Source of the DNA: Macrostomum lignano
Taxonomy: Eukaryota
DNA length: 64,000 nt
Assembly: GCA_002269645.1 (NCBI GenBank)
Contig: NIVC01002718.1
Location: 1-64,000, forward strand
Direction: 5' to 3'
A model generated the notes under the pieces. The model was not told the DNA's origin and did not search any database. It saw only the letters and a program-made list of their open reading frames with translations. Positions 49,499 through 61,409 of the stretch are shown here, in pieces. Made by a program: the position numbers and the translations under genes. Within the stretch, counting starts at the first letter, position 1. Every line of letters starts with the position of its first letter.

Positions 49499-51125
49499 TA
49501 ATCCATTAGTGCAAAAAATCCTAATAGCAGTCTGTTAATGACTTAGGCCTGCTGTTAATAAAAATCTTAATGCTTATTAACTCTTATTAATGGATTAACA
49601 TTTAATAATGGACTGGTGCCCAACATTGTTTATTAATCTGCCCCCCATTCAAAATTTTCTAGATCTGTACCTGTAGATATGTATATTTTAATGTCATACA
49701 TAGGGGCCTTATTAAATTAATAGACACCAAATACTAATAGGCCTAGTATAGTTCTAGTGGCAACGCAAGTGGCTCAATCTATTTTCCAGATTGCAGGTGG
49801 CGGCAGCAGGCCTATGGCAATATGATAGAATTAAAACATCTAGTCTCTAAACGAATGAAGAGTAGACAATTGTATAACACTAAATTAAAATAAAGGAAAG
49901 TTATTAAAAAGACCAATTGTCATTTGAGTTAAATTGAATGCATGCAGGCAGCTGAGGCAGGCGCAATGCAAGAAAATTTTGAGTAGGGGCCTGCATTTGT
50001 ATACTGTATACATAGACTTTAATCTACATGATCTACCTTAATCTCATAATTTCATGATAATTTATATAACCCATAGAAAAAAATCTATTTCTCTGCCTGC
50101 GGCCTGCCCGCTTGCCGGTGCCGGCGCTTGAGGACGCCTCTAAATCCTCTAACTGTGTACAGTGACAGTAACTCGGCTCTCTTTCTGCTTTGGATCCCAT
50201 TTCTTCTTTCTCTTTGGGTCCTTTTCGTCTTTTGACAGTTCATATCCGAATACGTGAACTACTACAAATCAGAGTCCAGACCTGCAAAATTTTGCAAGAT
50301 GATCGTCGAAGTGCACACCTTTAAACTCACGTAGTGATTTAAAAAAATCACAGTATGTTAAAACAAGTATTTAGAAAATATTCAATATACATTGATATAC
50401 ATTGATGACTAGATGTGACGATATATATCTTGAATTTCGGCTGTCGCCAGATTGCAGGAGTGGCTCTTGTTTGACAGAAACTCGCAAAGCTTACGAAGCG
50501 TCCGATTTTCTTGCACTTAGAACATACTTCGGCGTATTGTCTAATTGGCAAATTGCATACGATCCATCTCATTGAGCAGATCTCAATCCTGATCCAGATC
50601 CTGACTGAGTAAAAGCACCTGGAGTTCTTAACGTCTAATTGAGCCAGATCGTCCAACATGCTCTGCATAATTGACTCTCGCGCTGAATACGCTCGCCAAT
50701 CTCAGCGGAGGAGGCACCGACCACGTCTCCCTGTGAATGTATAGTAGACCACACCAATTCGTTCACCAGATGCCAATTCGTAGATCATGACTATGAGCTT
50801 TGGTATACAGAGTCCAAATATCCGTTCTTTCTGTTACATTGTCGCTAGTCAGTGCTTTTAGATAATGTTTTGTCTATGGTAAAAACTGTCGCAACTTTGA
50901 TTTCACTTAATAGCCTGTGGTTCTAGCGTCACTTCTGGATAATGTCCTTGAGTTCTGGATAATGTCCACGACTTGTGGATAATGTCCACAATTTATTTAG
51001 AAAACAGCATACCACACAGTAACAATAAAATTCAATACAACAATGCACAGTAACAAAAAGGTAACAAAAAACACTAGGAAATACTCTTGAAATTTTGGCA
51101 TATAGTGTCAGTTGCCCATAAATTC

Positions 51126-52275
51126 TCACAGACTGCATTGGTTGAACGTGCAGTTTTGCATAACGAAGATGTTCTTGCCATTTGAATGAACGTACGTTTG
51201 CGAAGTTGACCGCCTCCCATGGACCGTTGAGCTCTGGATATTGACTGGGCAGACGCTTGTGTTGACTACTGGGCTATCTGTTGTACTGGCTGATGGGCAC
51301 GCGCTCGTAATAACATGACCATCTAAATCCGGTGTAGTATTTTTCTCCATGTCCAGTACCTTGGTTACGGCGTCGCTGCACTTCTTTAGCACCTTGTCAC
51401 GTCTGATTGAGAGATATCGGCGAACGGTTTTTTCGCACTTCTGGCCAGTTATCGCCATGATGTCGGCCATGGAATGTCCAGCTGCTTCTAAGTCGCACAC
51501 CCTGCTGACTCTAAAATATTGGGCAAACGGTATTACACAATTGTAAGCATCTTGAGGCATTGCCTAAAGGCTAAATTAAGCTACACCTTTGGCAAAGGAG
51601 ATTTACCTGATGCAGTGGTTGGTGTAAACTTTGGATAGCTTGGCCTTCCCACTCAGCGTCTTCATAAAGTTGTTGAGATAGTTTACGCCTCTCTTCTGCT
51701 TAGCACAAAACCGCCGTGCTCCAGTCGGCGAATTTCTAATTAGCGGTCTTGGGAACAGAGAATTAATTGTCCTTCGTTTCACCAGGCAGGAGAGACAAAT
51801 ACTCATCTATAATTGCTGTGTCATATATCCTGGCCTGCTTGATTTCGACGTCTCTTTTGGCTTTCGCCGGATCAGCTGTCCTGTTCTTGGTCTTCGACGA
51901 TGATAGTGCGTAGTACATCCTTCCGTCTGAGTCGCTTTTCTTCTCTAACCAATCCTTTGTCTCCAAGCTCGCAAGGTGCTCTGTGCCTCGTTCTCCCAGT
52001 CCGTACAGCAGCCGAAACAGCATCTCGTCCTGTATAACTTCGGCAGTTGAGCGGTCAAAGTAAAGACGCAGCTTTTGCATGTCTCCTTCCTCAATTGGAG
52101 GAAACGGTCGAACCTGACCTCCTGAGGATTGCCACTCACGGACTTTGAACCGCAGTAGACGATTAGCTCCGGAAAATTCTTCTCCGCTAAGAATGTTAAT
52201 GTTGAGTCCCGCAATCATTGTCAAATAGCGTTGGATTCCAGCACGTATGCAGACTATACGCGCACTCGTGATCTA
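51126..52275 (-). mobile_element. Crypton-type tyrosine recombinase gene (DUF3504-like), with an intron at 51606-51511 and a 4-bp frameshift
   Basis: CIRAGIQRYL...LGERGTEHL...GVNYLNNFMK...YTNHCI|RVSRVCDLEAAGHSMADIMAITGQKCEKTVRRYL...MQNCTFN. A 96-nt GTAAAT..TTTTAG intron splits the HxxR motif. AATTAATT at 51761-51768 shifts the frame. Confidence 0.85.
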
Positions 52276-53091
52276 GGCGTTGCTGAATTCAGCACACTCG
52301 TGCCCCCACCCATTATCCTGAGTTCCGACCTTCGTCTAACCACCCATTGATTGAATCTTGAATGTTTCAATCCAAAAAATAGAATCAATTCACGTTGGTG
52401 ACAATTAATTTTTAAGACAAGAAAAGCGCTTTGTAAAAACACCATTCCCCTATCCAGTGGTATGATACATAATGCGCGTAACACGTTATATTTCCCATAA
52501 AGATGTGATCATGTGCCTTGGTTTACGTCCCACGCCCACAGGCCAACACTAACTCGTATAATGCGTTTTGTAATTGAGTCTGGAAAATTTTGTCATTGAT
52601 TTTTCACGTGCATGTCCTTTATAAAATAAAACTTGTTTTTTTGTTGATGAATTCTTATCATGCTTTTAGGTCAACAAGAGTCAAAATTTGCAGTTATAAC
52701 TTGCAAATGCTGAAAATGCAATGCAAACTTACGACTGCTGCCCTTATAGGCAGAACCGCAAAATTCAGCTATATTCTTACTGCAGAATTTGCTGAGTCAC
52801 GTTCAAACCCTCTGAATTGCTCTTTCAGTGCCGGTGTGGAATTCCCTTTTCAGTGTACATTTATCGTTGTACACTGATGGACTGCCGCTATTGGCTGGCC
52901 GCGACAAGCCCCCGCACCCCAAAAGATAGACAAACTCTGCCCCCAAACTCTTGCTATAAGGCATTTGCCTCTCATTCTATTCTGTCTACCCCGCGAAAAG
53001 CTCTCTGCCTAAATTAGGGCCATAGCTCGCGAACTGCTAAACTAAAGCATTTCTCTCGTTTAGCCAAACAAGCTTTGCAAGTTGCTAAATC

Positions 53092-53382
53092 ATGCCAGGA
53101 CCCGCTGCCAGTGCCACGTCTGTCGGTGCAGGACGGACCCCGTCGAAGGCCGTGTCGCCGCGAGGTGCCGCCGGCGGCGGCGTAAGACAGCGCAAATCTA
53201 CTAGCAGTTCAACGGCCACGTCAACCAGGCGATCAACGCAGAACAATGCCAGCATGTGGCGCTTCTACACCGAGGACTCGCCTGGCATCAAGGTCGGCCC
53301 CGTCCCAGTCCTAGTCATGAGCCTGCTATTCATTGCCAGCGTCTTCATGCTGCACATCTGGGGCAAGTATACCAGGGCTTAA
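53092..53382 (+). CDS. SEC61B: Protein transport protein Sec61 subunit beta, intronless, 96 aa
   Basis: MPGP...VRQRK...[42 protein letters not shown]. Confidence 0.97.
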   Translation: MPGPAASATSVGAGRTPSKAVSPRGAAGGGVRQRKSTSSSTATSTRRSTQNNASMWRFYTEDSPGIKVGPVPVLVMSLLFIASVFMLHIWGKYTRA

Positions 53383-54184
53383 TTTGGCGCAATCATTCAT
53401 CATTAATGATCTGCAATTCAGCGGCAGGGGTTACCTGGTTGCGTCAACTTGGTTACCTGACTTGGTTAGTTTCTCGCGGATGTTGACTATTTTAACAATG
53501 CTTTAGTAAAAATTTCTTGTTGTTGCATTAGCCATTGCTGAGCTCACACTTACTCAAATTTTCTGAAAGCATATTCTATGAACTGATTTGCATTCATTTC
53601 TCGAAATTGTTTTGTTTCTGCTCTGCCTCTGAGACTGACTCTGTTATATTCATGCAAAACAATGTGGGCTTTGTTGAGCTGAGTTCCTTCTTTGTAATAA
53701 ATAGGAATTTTAATAAGTCTATTCTAAACTAAATGCCCCACCATTGGCATTAGCCTCTTTAAGTTAAGACCATTATTAAAGTACATTACATTTACAAAAT
53801 CAATTTATTCTTATAAAATTCCTATTATGGTCTGTGTCACTGTGTTCCAAATATAGTCCAAGTAAAGCCATTAACTTTTAATATTTAATGTACTAATAAG
53901 TCAATAAAAACATCTTGTAAGCCAAGGTAAATTATAAGTTTTGACTGTTAAAATTATTGCACTATTTGCTCTTTAAATTTACCCTAGAACTGTTGACTAT
54001 GTTAATGAGCTGTCTTATTCACTATCTTGTACAAACAGAAGTACATGAATAAATTATACTTAATTAGCAGTGAACTATTAAACTATAAAGTACATTCATC
54101 ATATTGATCTTTCATTTGTTTTCATTTACTTATTTAAATGCTTATCAAGTAATAAAAATCTGTTTTTCTCAATACAGATTCTTT

Positions 54185-54570
54185 TACCTTCCAGAGAATC
54201 CCCTTCTACCTTATAGAGAATCCCCTTTTACCCTGTAGAGAATACTCTTCTACCCTGTAGAGAATCCCCATTTACTCTGTAGAGAATCCCCCTTTACCCT
54301 GTAAAGAATCCCCTTCTACCCTATAGAGAATCCCCTTTGACCTTGTAGAGAATCCCCCTTTACCCTGTAGAGAATCCCCTTTACCCTGTAGAGAATCCCC
54401 CTTTACCGTGTAGAGAATCCCCCTTTACCCTGTAGATAATCCCCTTTACCCTGTAGAGAATCCCCCTTTACCCTGTAGAGAATCCCCCTTTACCCTGTAG
54501 ATAATCCCCCTTTACCCTGTAGAGAATCCCCCTTTACCCTGTAGAGAATCCCCCTTTACCCTGTAGATCA
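54185..54570. repeat. 22-bp minisatellite (AGAGAATCCCCCTTTACCCTGT)
   Basis: About 17 copies. Confidence 0.95.
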
Positions 54571-55339
54571 GAGAACCATCTTTGACCATGTAGAGAGATC
54601 TCTTTTACCCTGTTGTGAATCCACTTTTACCATACCATGTACAGAATCCCCTTGAATAATTCATGAAGATAGTCCTTCTTTTACCCAGTCTATAGTATCT
54701 CTATACCCTGGACAATCTCCCTTATCCATTCGAGTCAAGAATCTTTTTTTGTATGCATTAGAGACTTTCATCACGCAACTATAACATCGCTATTGCATAG
54801 AAAGTTAGAAAAAAGTTATAGCATATATTTTCGCTCCTCCTACTGAACAGTAGTGATAGTGGGCTGCTACAAATTTTACGAGCAAACAAACATTTTCGTG
54901 TTGAAAATAAACATGTAAACTTTGAAAAAATATAGCTGAACATACAGTACTCTTGTGAAATGCAATGTGTGTGCATGTGCGAGCTTATGGATCTGAATGC
55001 AGTACATGCACATCACATAAGCCGCAACATAATGCAGGTTGTTGCTTGTAAGCTTGTGTAACTTTAATAGCACGCAGCAAATAGTTCTTTGACAAAAACT
55101 ATGGACTTTACTAATCACAATAATTCCGATGAACTTAATCCTAAAAGAACCAATTTGATCAATGGGAGCATCTCCGCTTGCATGTACTTTTACTTGCATA
55201 CTGTACCGGTACATGTAGACAACAACAACAAAATACGTTGTCAGCCGGTCAAGCGAGAGTCAGTCATGAGAGGAAAGGGCAGAGTCACAGAGCACGTTTC
55301 AGGGCCTAGGCGTAAACGTTAGGCCGCACCACCGGCAGT

Positions 55340-57790
55340 GTCCGGGGCGTCGGCATCAGCCAGCAGGCAGTCGACGAAATGCCCAGTGCACGCTCCTGTC
55401 CCCGCTTACCTGCACCGTCTGCGGACAGTAAGACGACTCGGCGCGGATGATACCGCCTGCCAGCTGGAATCGCCGACGGCGCAACAGTTCGCTGGGAATT
55501 GGGATAGGCTGGTGCGGCGATAGAGTGCCGCATTGGTGAGGTGCTCGCTGGGACTGCAGGACAGCCCTCACAGAACGGAAAGCAGCCCAGGCAAGTCTGC
55601 GGCGACTTCACAGATCCTCGGGAACGTCAGGGCACCAGACCGCCGAGGAAATTAAAACGAACTGCTGACAGTAAGTGTGGAAGCTTCCTCACCTTCGGGA
55701 AACCATCAGCGTCTCAGCAGAAAATCGCAGCCTCGATGTCTATAGCTGGCGCGCGCAAAGCACGACGGTCTTCTGAGTGTTGAACCACCAGGCCGACGAT
55801 CGCCGCAAAGCTTACCCTGCCTGTCTAGCTGGCGCTGGGCGCCCTCGACGGTCGAGGACAGCAGGGCGAGATCATCAGCGTAGCCACGCACGCTATAAGC
55901 CGCCTCTCTGGTTGGCGTCAACCCACGCGTCTCTGCAGCAGGAATAGGTCGTCGTCATCAGAGGGAAGAGTGGTCCACAGCTCTTCAAGGCCGTCCGGTG
56001 TCAACAGAACCCATGCAGTCAAGCACCAGGAAGAACAGGAGCGGCCCAAGCGCAGCTCCTTGAAGCACCTCAGAGGATGTCTCAAAGACATCCGACAGGC
56101 CGTCCGGTGTCAACATGCAGCAGCGCTCCGTGTCATGATATTGCGCCATGACGGCGGAAATCAGCTGCTCTGGTACGTTGTACGCACAAATCACCATTGG
56201 GAGCACGGCCCTCACAACCGAGTCAAAAGCCTTTCCCGAAGTCAATAAAGAGAGCAATAGGGTTCGACTGCGCTTAATTCCTCGATGATTTGGCGAAGAG
56301 CCAGGATCTGCGCCACTGTGCCGCGATGGTGCCGGAACCCGTTCTGCTCAGGCCGCAAATACGGATCCAGCTGCAACCGCGATACCAGCATCCGATTAAA
56401 CAGCTTCGGAGCGCAGGACTGCAGGCGGATGCCTTGGTGCTCTTCAAGCCGTGTGGTGTCCGGCGTCTTCAGAATAGCGACGATTTTCGCCGTGGTCCAC
56501 TTTTTGGGTGTTGCCTCACCGAAAAGCACTAGGTTCATCACACTGGCGACCTCGCTGGCCACACAGTGGAGTCGCAGCACCTTGATGTTTACCTCGTCCG
56601 GACCCAGCGCTTTTGCCGCCCGGAGTCTTTAGGGCGAGCATCACAACGTCGGATGTGTTGGCTGGGGCTACGCTCGTACATTGAAGCTCTTCTCTGCTGG
56701 CAAAAGCAGCTTCAGATCGCTTGGCAGCGCGGAGGCGGCGGCGAGTTGACAATGGCGGCGAAGGACTCGCGCAGCACATTTCTGTGCTCATCCGGAGTGT
56801 CGCCAGCCAGATTGAGCGGGATGTGCCAGAGCCTCCTCCGCCTCGCGAGTTGGCCGAGTGCTCAGACGGAGCAGCTCTCCAGCTCTGCCCTCGATTTCTG
56901 AATCGCAGGGTTCTCCTGTCTGGCCGGCTGCCTACGTTCGGCCGGTCGCATCAGCGGAACTGCTTGCTTCGTCGCGGCTCTAACCGCGGAACAATTACCT
57001 CCGTGCAGTCGGCGCGCCCGCACCTGTCGCCAAGCGCGCTGACAAAGGCGCTAGCAAAATAACTACGCGTCTGGGTGTCCTTGAGTGCATGCACGGTAGT
57101 AGCGCCGCGGTTGCCACTTCGGCGGACGGTAGAGCAGATCACATACACACAGAATGAAGACGTGGAGCCGATGGTCGGACCAGAGAGCTAGCATGCGTGA
57201 TGGTGCGGCTGTCGACGGCGCGGCGGGGCTCGCGAAGACGCACAAGCACGTAATTGAGCTGTGCCTGCCTCCGCATCGCATTTCATTGCCCCCGCTTGCA
57301 GCCCACGAGGGTCGCGAGCCTGCCGGGTGGCTTGCAGAAGTGGGTGTTGGCCGACACTATGTCCTGCCTCTCCAGGAAGTCCCCCAGCGCTCCGGTGATG
57401 TCGTTCTCGCCCGGTGTCACCAACAGCGACCTCTCAGACCTACGCAAAACTGCGTTCAGGTCTGAATGGACGATCATTGTGTTCACGCTGCGCCGTCTCC
57501 TTCCCCTGCGCTGCGCCGCGCCCAGGTCCTCACAATGAATTCCCGGGTCGGCCCTGATGGACACCTCAATTGCAGTGCGATAACGTTCGCAGCTTAAGTC
57601 AAGCGCTACCATATGTAGCTGCGCCAGCAGCCCTCTCCACCAAAGCGGCCTTGAGAGTGCGGCAGTTCAGCGTCCCGAACTGAAGTGTGCCCTGTGGTAC
57701 GGTTCAGCCTCATGTTCCCTGGCGCCATCCAGAATATCCGCATGGGCCAGCAGCAACTCGGCGGGCAGCACCTTGCCGACCTCGTCAGTG
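55340..57790 (-). mobile_element. Degenerate APE-RT non-LTR retrotransposon (RTE-like) with many frameshifts
   Basis: LQFGTLNCRTL (APE start), SDLNA, NTHFCKP..RL.T, SDHRL, WTTAKIVAI.K, EQNGFR..RGT..QILALRQIIEE, KAFDSV, VLQG..L.PLLF.LVLD and YADDLALLS, in the canonical order. Confidence 0.9.
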
Positions 57791-58019
57791 CAAATAGAAG
57801 TTTACAACATACTTACTTATAGAGTAAGTCTGGAACATAGACTATTGTCATGTAAAGGTAACGTGAAGGAGTCCTCAAGTATGCTCTTAAAGCCAAACAT
57901 TATAACCTCTCTCTCACACTAGTGAAGGAACAGAAAAAGGAAAAAATCCCCAAGATCCCCTAGGAACTTTGGCTTAAAGTAAGCCACTCTGGGGCGAGTC
58001 TAATGACTCTTTCGGGACC

Positions 58020-58790
58020 GTATAACCCGTATAAAACGAAACGGTCACAAAAAGGGGCTGTTACCGTGTTTTTTACCGTTACGGTCACCAGTTACCATTT
58101 TTTACCGTATTTGTGACTGTTTAGTTCAGGGTCACCAGGTGACTGTTCAATGTTACCGTACTTTGTGACCGTTTTGTTTAGGGTAACCCTGTGACTGTTC
58201 ATAGTTACCGTATTTTGTGACCGTTTTGTTTAGGGTCACATGTTACCGATCAATGTTACCGTATTTTGTGACCGTTTTGTTTAGGGTAACCATGTGACCG
58301 TTCAATGTGACCGTATTTTGTGACCGTTTGTTCAGGGTCACATGTTACCGATCAATGTAACCGTATTTTGTGACCGTTTTGTTTAGGGTAACCATGTGAC
58401 CGTTCAATGTGACCGTATTTTGTGACCGTTTTGTTTAGGGTCACATGTTACCGATCAATGTGACCGTATTTTGTGACCGTTTTGTTTAGGGTAACCATGT
58501 GACCGTTCAATGTGACCGTATTTTGTGACCGTTTGTTCAGGGTCACATGTTACCGATCAATGTGACCGTATTTTGTGACCGTTTGTTTAGGGTCACATGT
58601 TACCGATCAATGTGACCGTATTTTGTGACCGTTTTGTTTAGGGTCACATGTTACCGATCAATGTGACCGTATTTTGTGACAGTTTTGTTTAGGGTCACAT
58701 GTTACCGATCAATGTGACCGTATTTTGTGACCGTTTTGTTTAGGGTAACCATGTTACCGATCAATGTTACCGTATTTTGTGACCGTTTTG
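58020..58790. repeat. About 51-bp tandem array built of GT(G/T)ACCG subrepeats, with two alternating variants
   Basis: GTGACCGTTTTGTTTAGGGT(CACATGTTACCGAT|AACCATGTGACCGTT)CAATGTGACCGTATTTT, about 13 units. Confidence 0.9.
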
Positions 58791-59169
58791 TTCTGTTGTG
58801 GAGTTTACTACTTGTCGCTTTCTACCAACTGTTGTCGTCTTCACTGCATAATAGGCTGCTACTATGTTGCTTAATTTGAGTGCGGCGTGACGCACGTGTT
58901 ATTGTTGCCTGAATTTTTACTTTACAATTTTACAGAGTAGCCTCTCCTGAAATAGGTCACATGGATACCCAGTTATATATAGTTAGGTATGGACAAGTGA
59001 TAGTTATGAATAGGGAAGCAAATTTATTACCTATGCCCAGGGATACGTTCTCTTTCAAATCAGTATATAAGGAGAAGTGACGGTAACCCACGAAGCAACT
59101 GACTAATTTCTCATGAACGTTTGCCACTTTTGCAGAGGATAAGAATCATTAAGAACAAAAATCTCTATC

Positions 59170-60319
59170 ATGGAAGACCAGCAACGCCGCGCCATTATGA
59201 ATCGTTTAAGAGTGAAACGATTTCGAGAACGCAAGACAGTGCAGCTTCTATTTCAAAGGCGACAACAGTGGTTGCAATCTGGAACGACTGCAATGGGCGC
59301 CGCCATTGGAAATCCACAGACGAATCGTGGTAATAAGCGCCGTCATCCAGACGACGACATCGGTAGCGAAGGTACTCCACAACCGCCATCTACCGGCGAA
59401 GCTACTTCACAACCGCCATCTACCGGCGAAGCTACTTCACAACCGCCATCTACCGGCGAAGCCTCCACCAGCGAAACTGCCAGTGAAGCCGGCGATGCCA
59501 GCGAAGCTACCGAAAGCTCTGCCAGCGAAACTGCCAGTGAAGCCGGCGATGCCAGCGAAGCTACCGAAAGCTCTGCCAGCGAAACTGCCAGTGAAGCCGG
59601 CGATGCCAGCGAAGCTACCGAAAGCTCTGCCAGCGAAACTGCCAGTGAAGCCGGCGATGCCAGCAAAGCTACCGAAAGCTCTGCCAGCGAAACTGCCAGT
59701 GAAGCCGGCGATGCCAGCGAAGCTACCGAAAGCTCTGCCAGCCAAGCACCTAGCGACGATGCCGAATACAGCGATGACGGTGACGGCGATGATTATGATT
59801 CAGACGACGCTAAACTGCGTAACTTTTGCCAGTTGGCCGCCTATCCTGGCGCTACTGTCCGGCGCAGCAAATAGTGCGGCATCGGTTTGTCCATCGTGTG
59901 CACCACTGTGCGCCAATGGCTTTAACTGGCCAGCAGCCTGGATCGACATGGCGTCAGACAAAGCTGCAGAAAAAGCTGTGGTGGTCGACATGCTGCAGCG
60001 AGTGGCCAAGCAGCTACCGGCACGGGCCGAGGAGCCCAGCAAGATACACCGCTGCCGCATTGTCATCACGACAATGATTGCGTACCTGGCGCAACAAAGA
60101 TCAAAAGGCGCCAGCCATGGTGACACGCCCGCTGAGGCGCAAAAGGCAATGGCCAACTGCCTGCGCATGATGTGCGATCGATATGGCCAAACTGTACTGG
60201 AGTCCGGCGAGGCGGTGCAACGGTCCGCCAACGGGCCGCCGGTCGCCGTAGTGTACGGCAAAGCGGCGTGGTTTCGCGAGATGTCTCGGGCGGAGGCCAG
60301 CTTTTGGAAGGCCGCCTAG
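59170..60319 (+). CDS. Unknown protein: basic N-terminus, Ser/Ala/Glu repeat region and helical C-terminal domain; probably 59170-59818 + 59868-60319 (366 aa)
   Basis: ORF 59170-59874 (RRAIMNRLRVKRFRERK; 30-bp x3 and 54-bp x5 repeats) joins the +1 frame (CPSC...WFREMSRAEASFWKAA*) through a 49-nt GTAACT..GCAG candidate intron. Confidence 0.5.
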
Positions 60320-61409
60320 ACCGCCCGCGTCGTGCCGGAGCCCGAGCCGCTGTCCGCTCGCCGTTATAGGCCGCGTGGTGGTCGCTCTACCCGCCTGCGG
60401 CGATTGTTCACCGCCATGGCTGCACTACTGCATAGCCGACCGGTCTGCGCCTTCGGCATGGCGGACGCCACTTTGGCAATTTTACTGCAGTATTGGGACA
60501 TGTCCAGTTAGACCTATATAGGTGAAATTTCAAAGAGCATCCGAGGTGTGGCCAAAAGTTAACGAGAATGTAGAATTGAACGTCTCGAATATTAAACTTA
60601 AAAAACAAAATAATTGCCTAGAATAGTAGCATCATCTCTATAATACACTTCATGAAACAGCCATTGGCTTTTTAATTAAATAATACATCGTAAATAGTAA
60701 TAATAAATAAAATTAAATAAATGAATAAAATAATATTAGTAAATAGTAAATAGTACTTAAATAGTTCCAACTGTTCAATAACACATTCACGTTACACTTT
60801 TGGCCACGTCTCGTAGTTTAACGGCCAGCCAACACAGCTGCATTTATTTTGCCAGCGCCATTTATTTTGGCGATGACGCATTAATGCGCAGATATTTTTC
60901 TACCGCTGCCGCTTGACAGTCTACGCCTGTTAAGTCGTCAGCGTATGTTATTTATATATATGGCCATATATGGCAATGACGCATTAATGCGCAAATATTT
61001 TTCTTCCACAGCTTTTATTGTTCTTTCACACTATGTTCTTCCAATTATTAACCTAAGTAGTACTAATACTACCGTGTATGTACTGTGTGTTGCAATTAAT
61101 ATTCATAATTCTACTACTACTACTAATAATAATACATATAGCCCGGTGGCCGCAAGGTTGCTGCAAGTTATGCGGCGCCTATTTTGGTCAATTCTTTACT
61201 ATTACTCTGGTCACAGCTGCAGTGTGTGTGTGTGTTGCCTCCTTTGGAGTAACTAATATAAGCGTACAGGAAATATGCAGACTCTTCCCTATAGCCCGTT
61301 TGCGTACGCAGCTGTTGCTTTCATTCTGATCTGAAGCTTCAAAATTTTAAACTTTTTGCATCTTAACGCCTTGCAGCTCCGTACCTGTCCGAGTTTCTTC
61401 CCATCGTCG

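Noticed and set aside
50348-50668. MYND-like zinc finger (CSKCK...FCQ)
   Set aside because: The Cys/His spacing is incomplete and there is no supporting exon structure.
58020-58790. Interstitial telomere (TTAGGG)
   Set aside because: There is only one TTAGGG per 51-bp unit, never in tandem.
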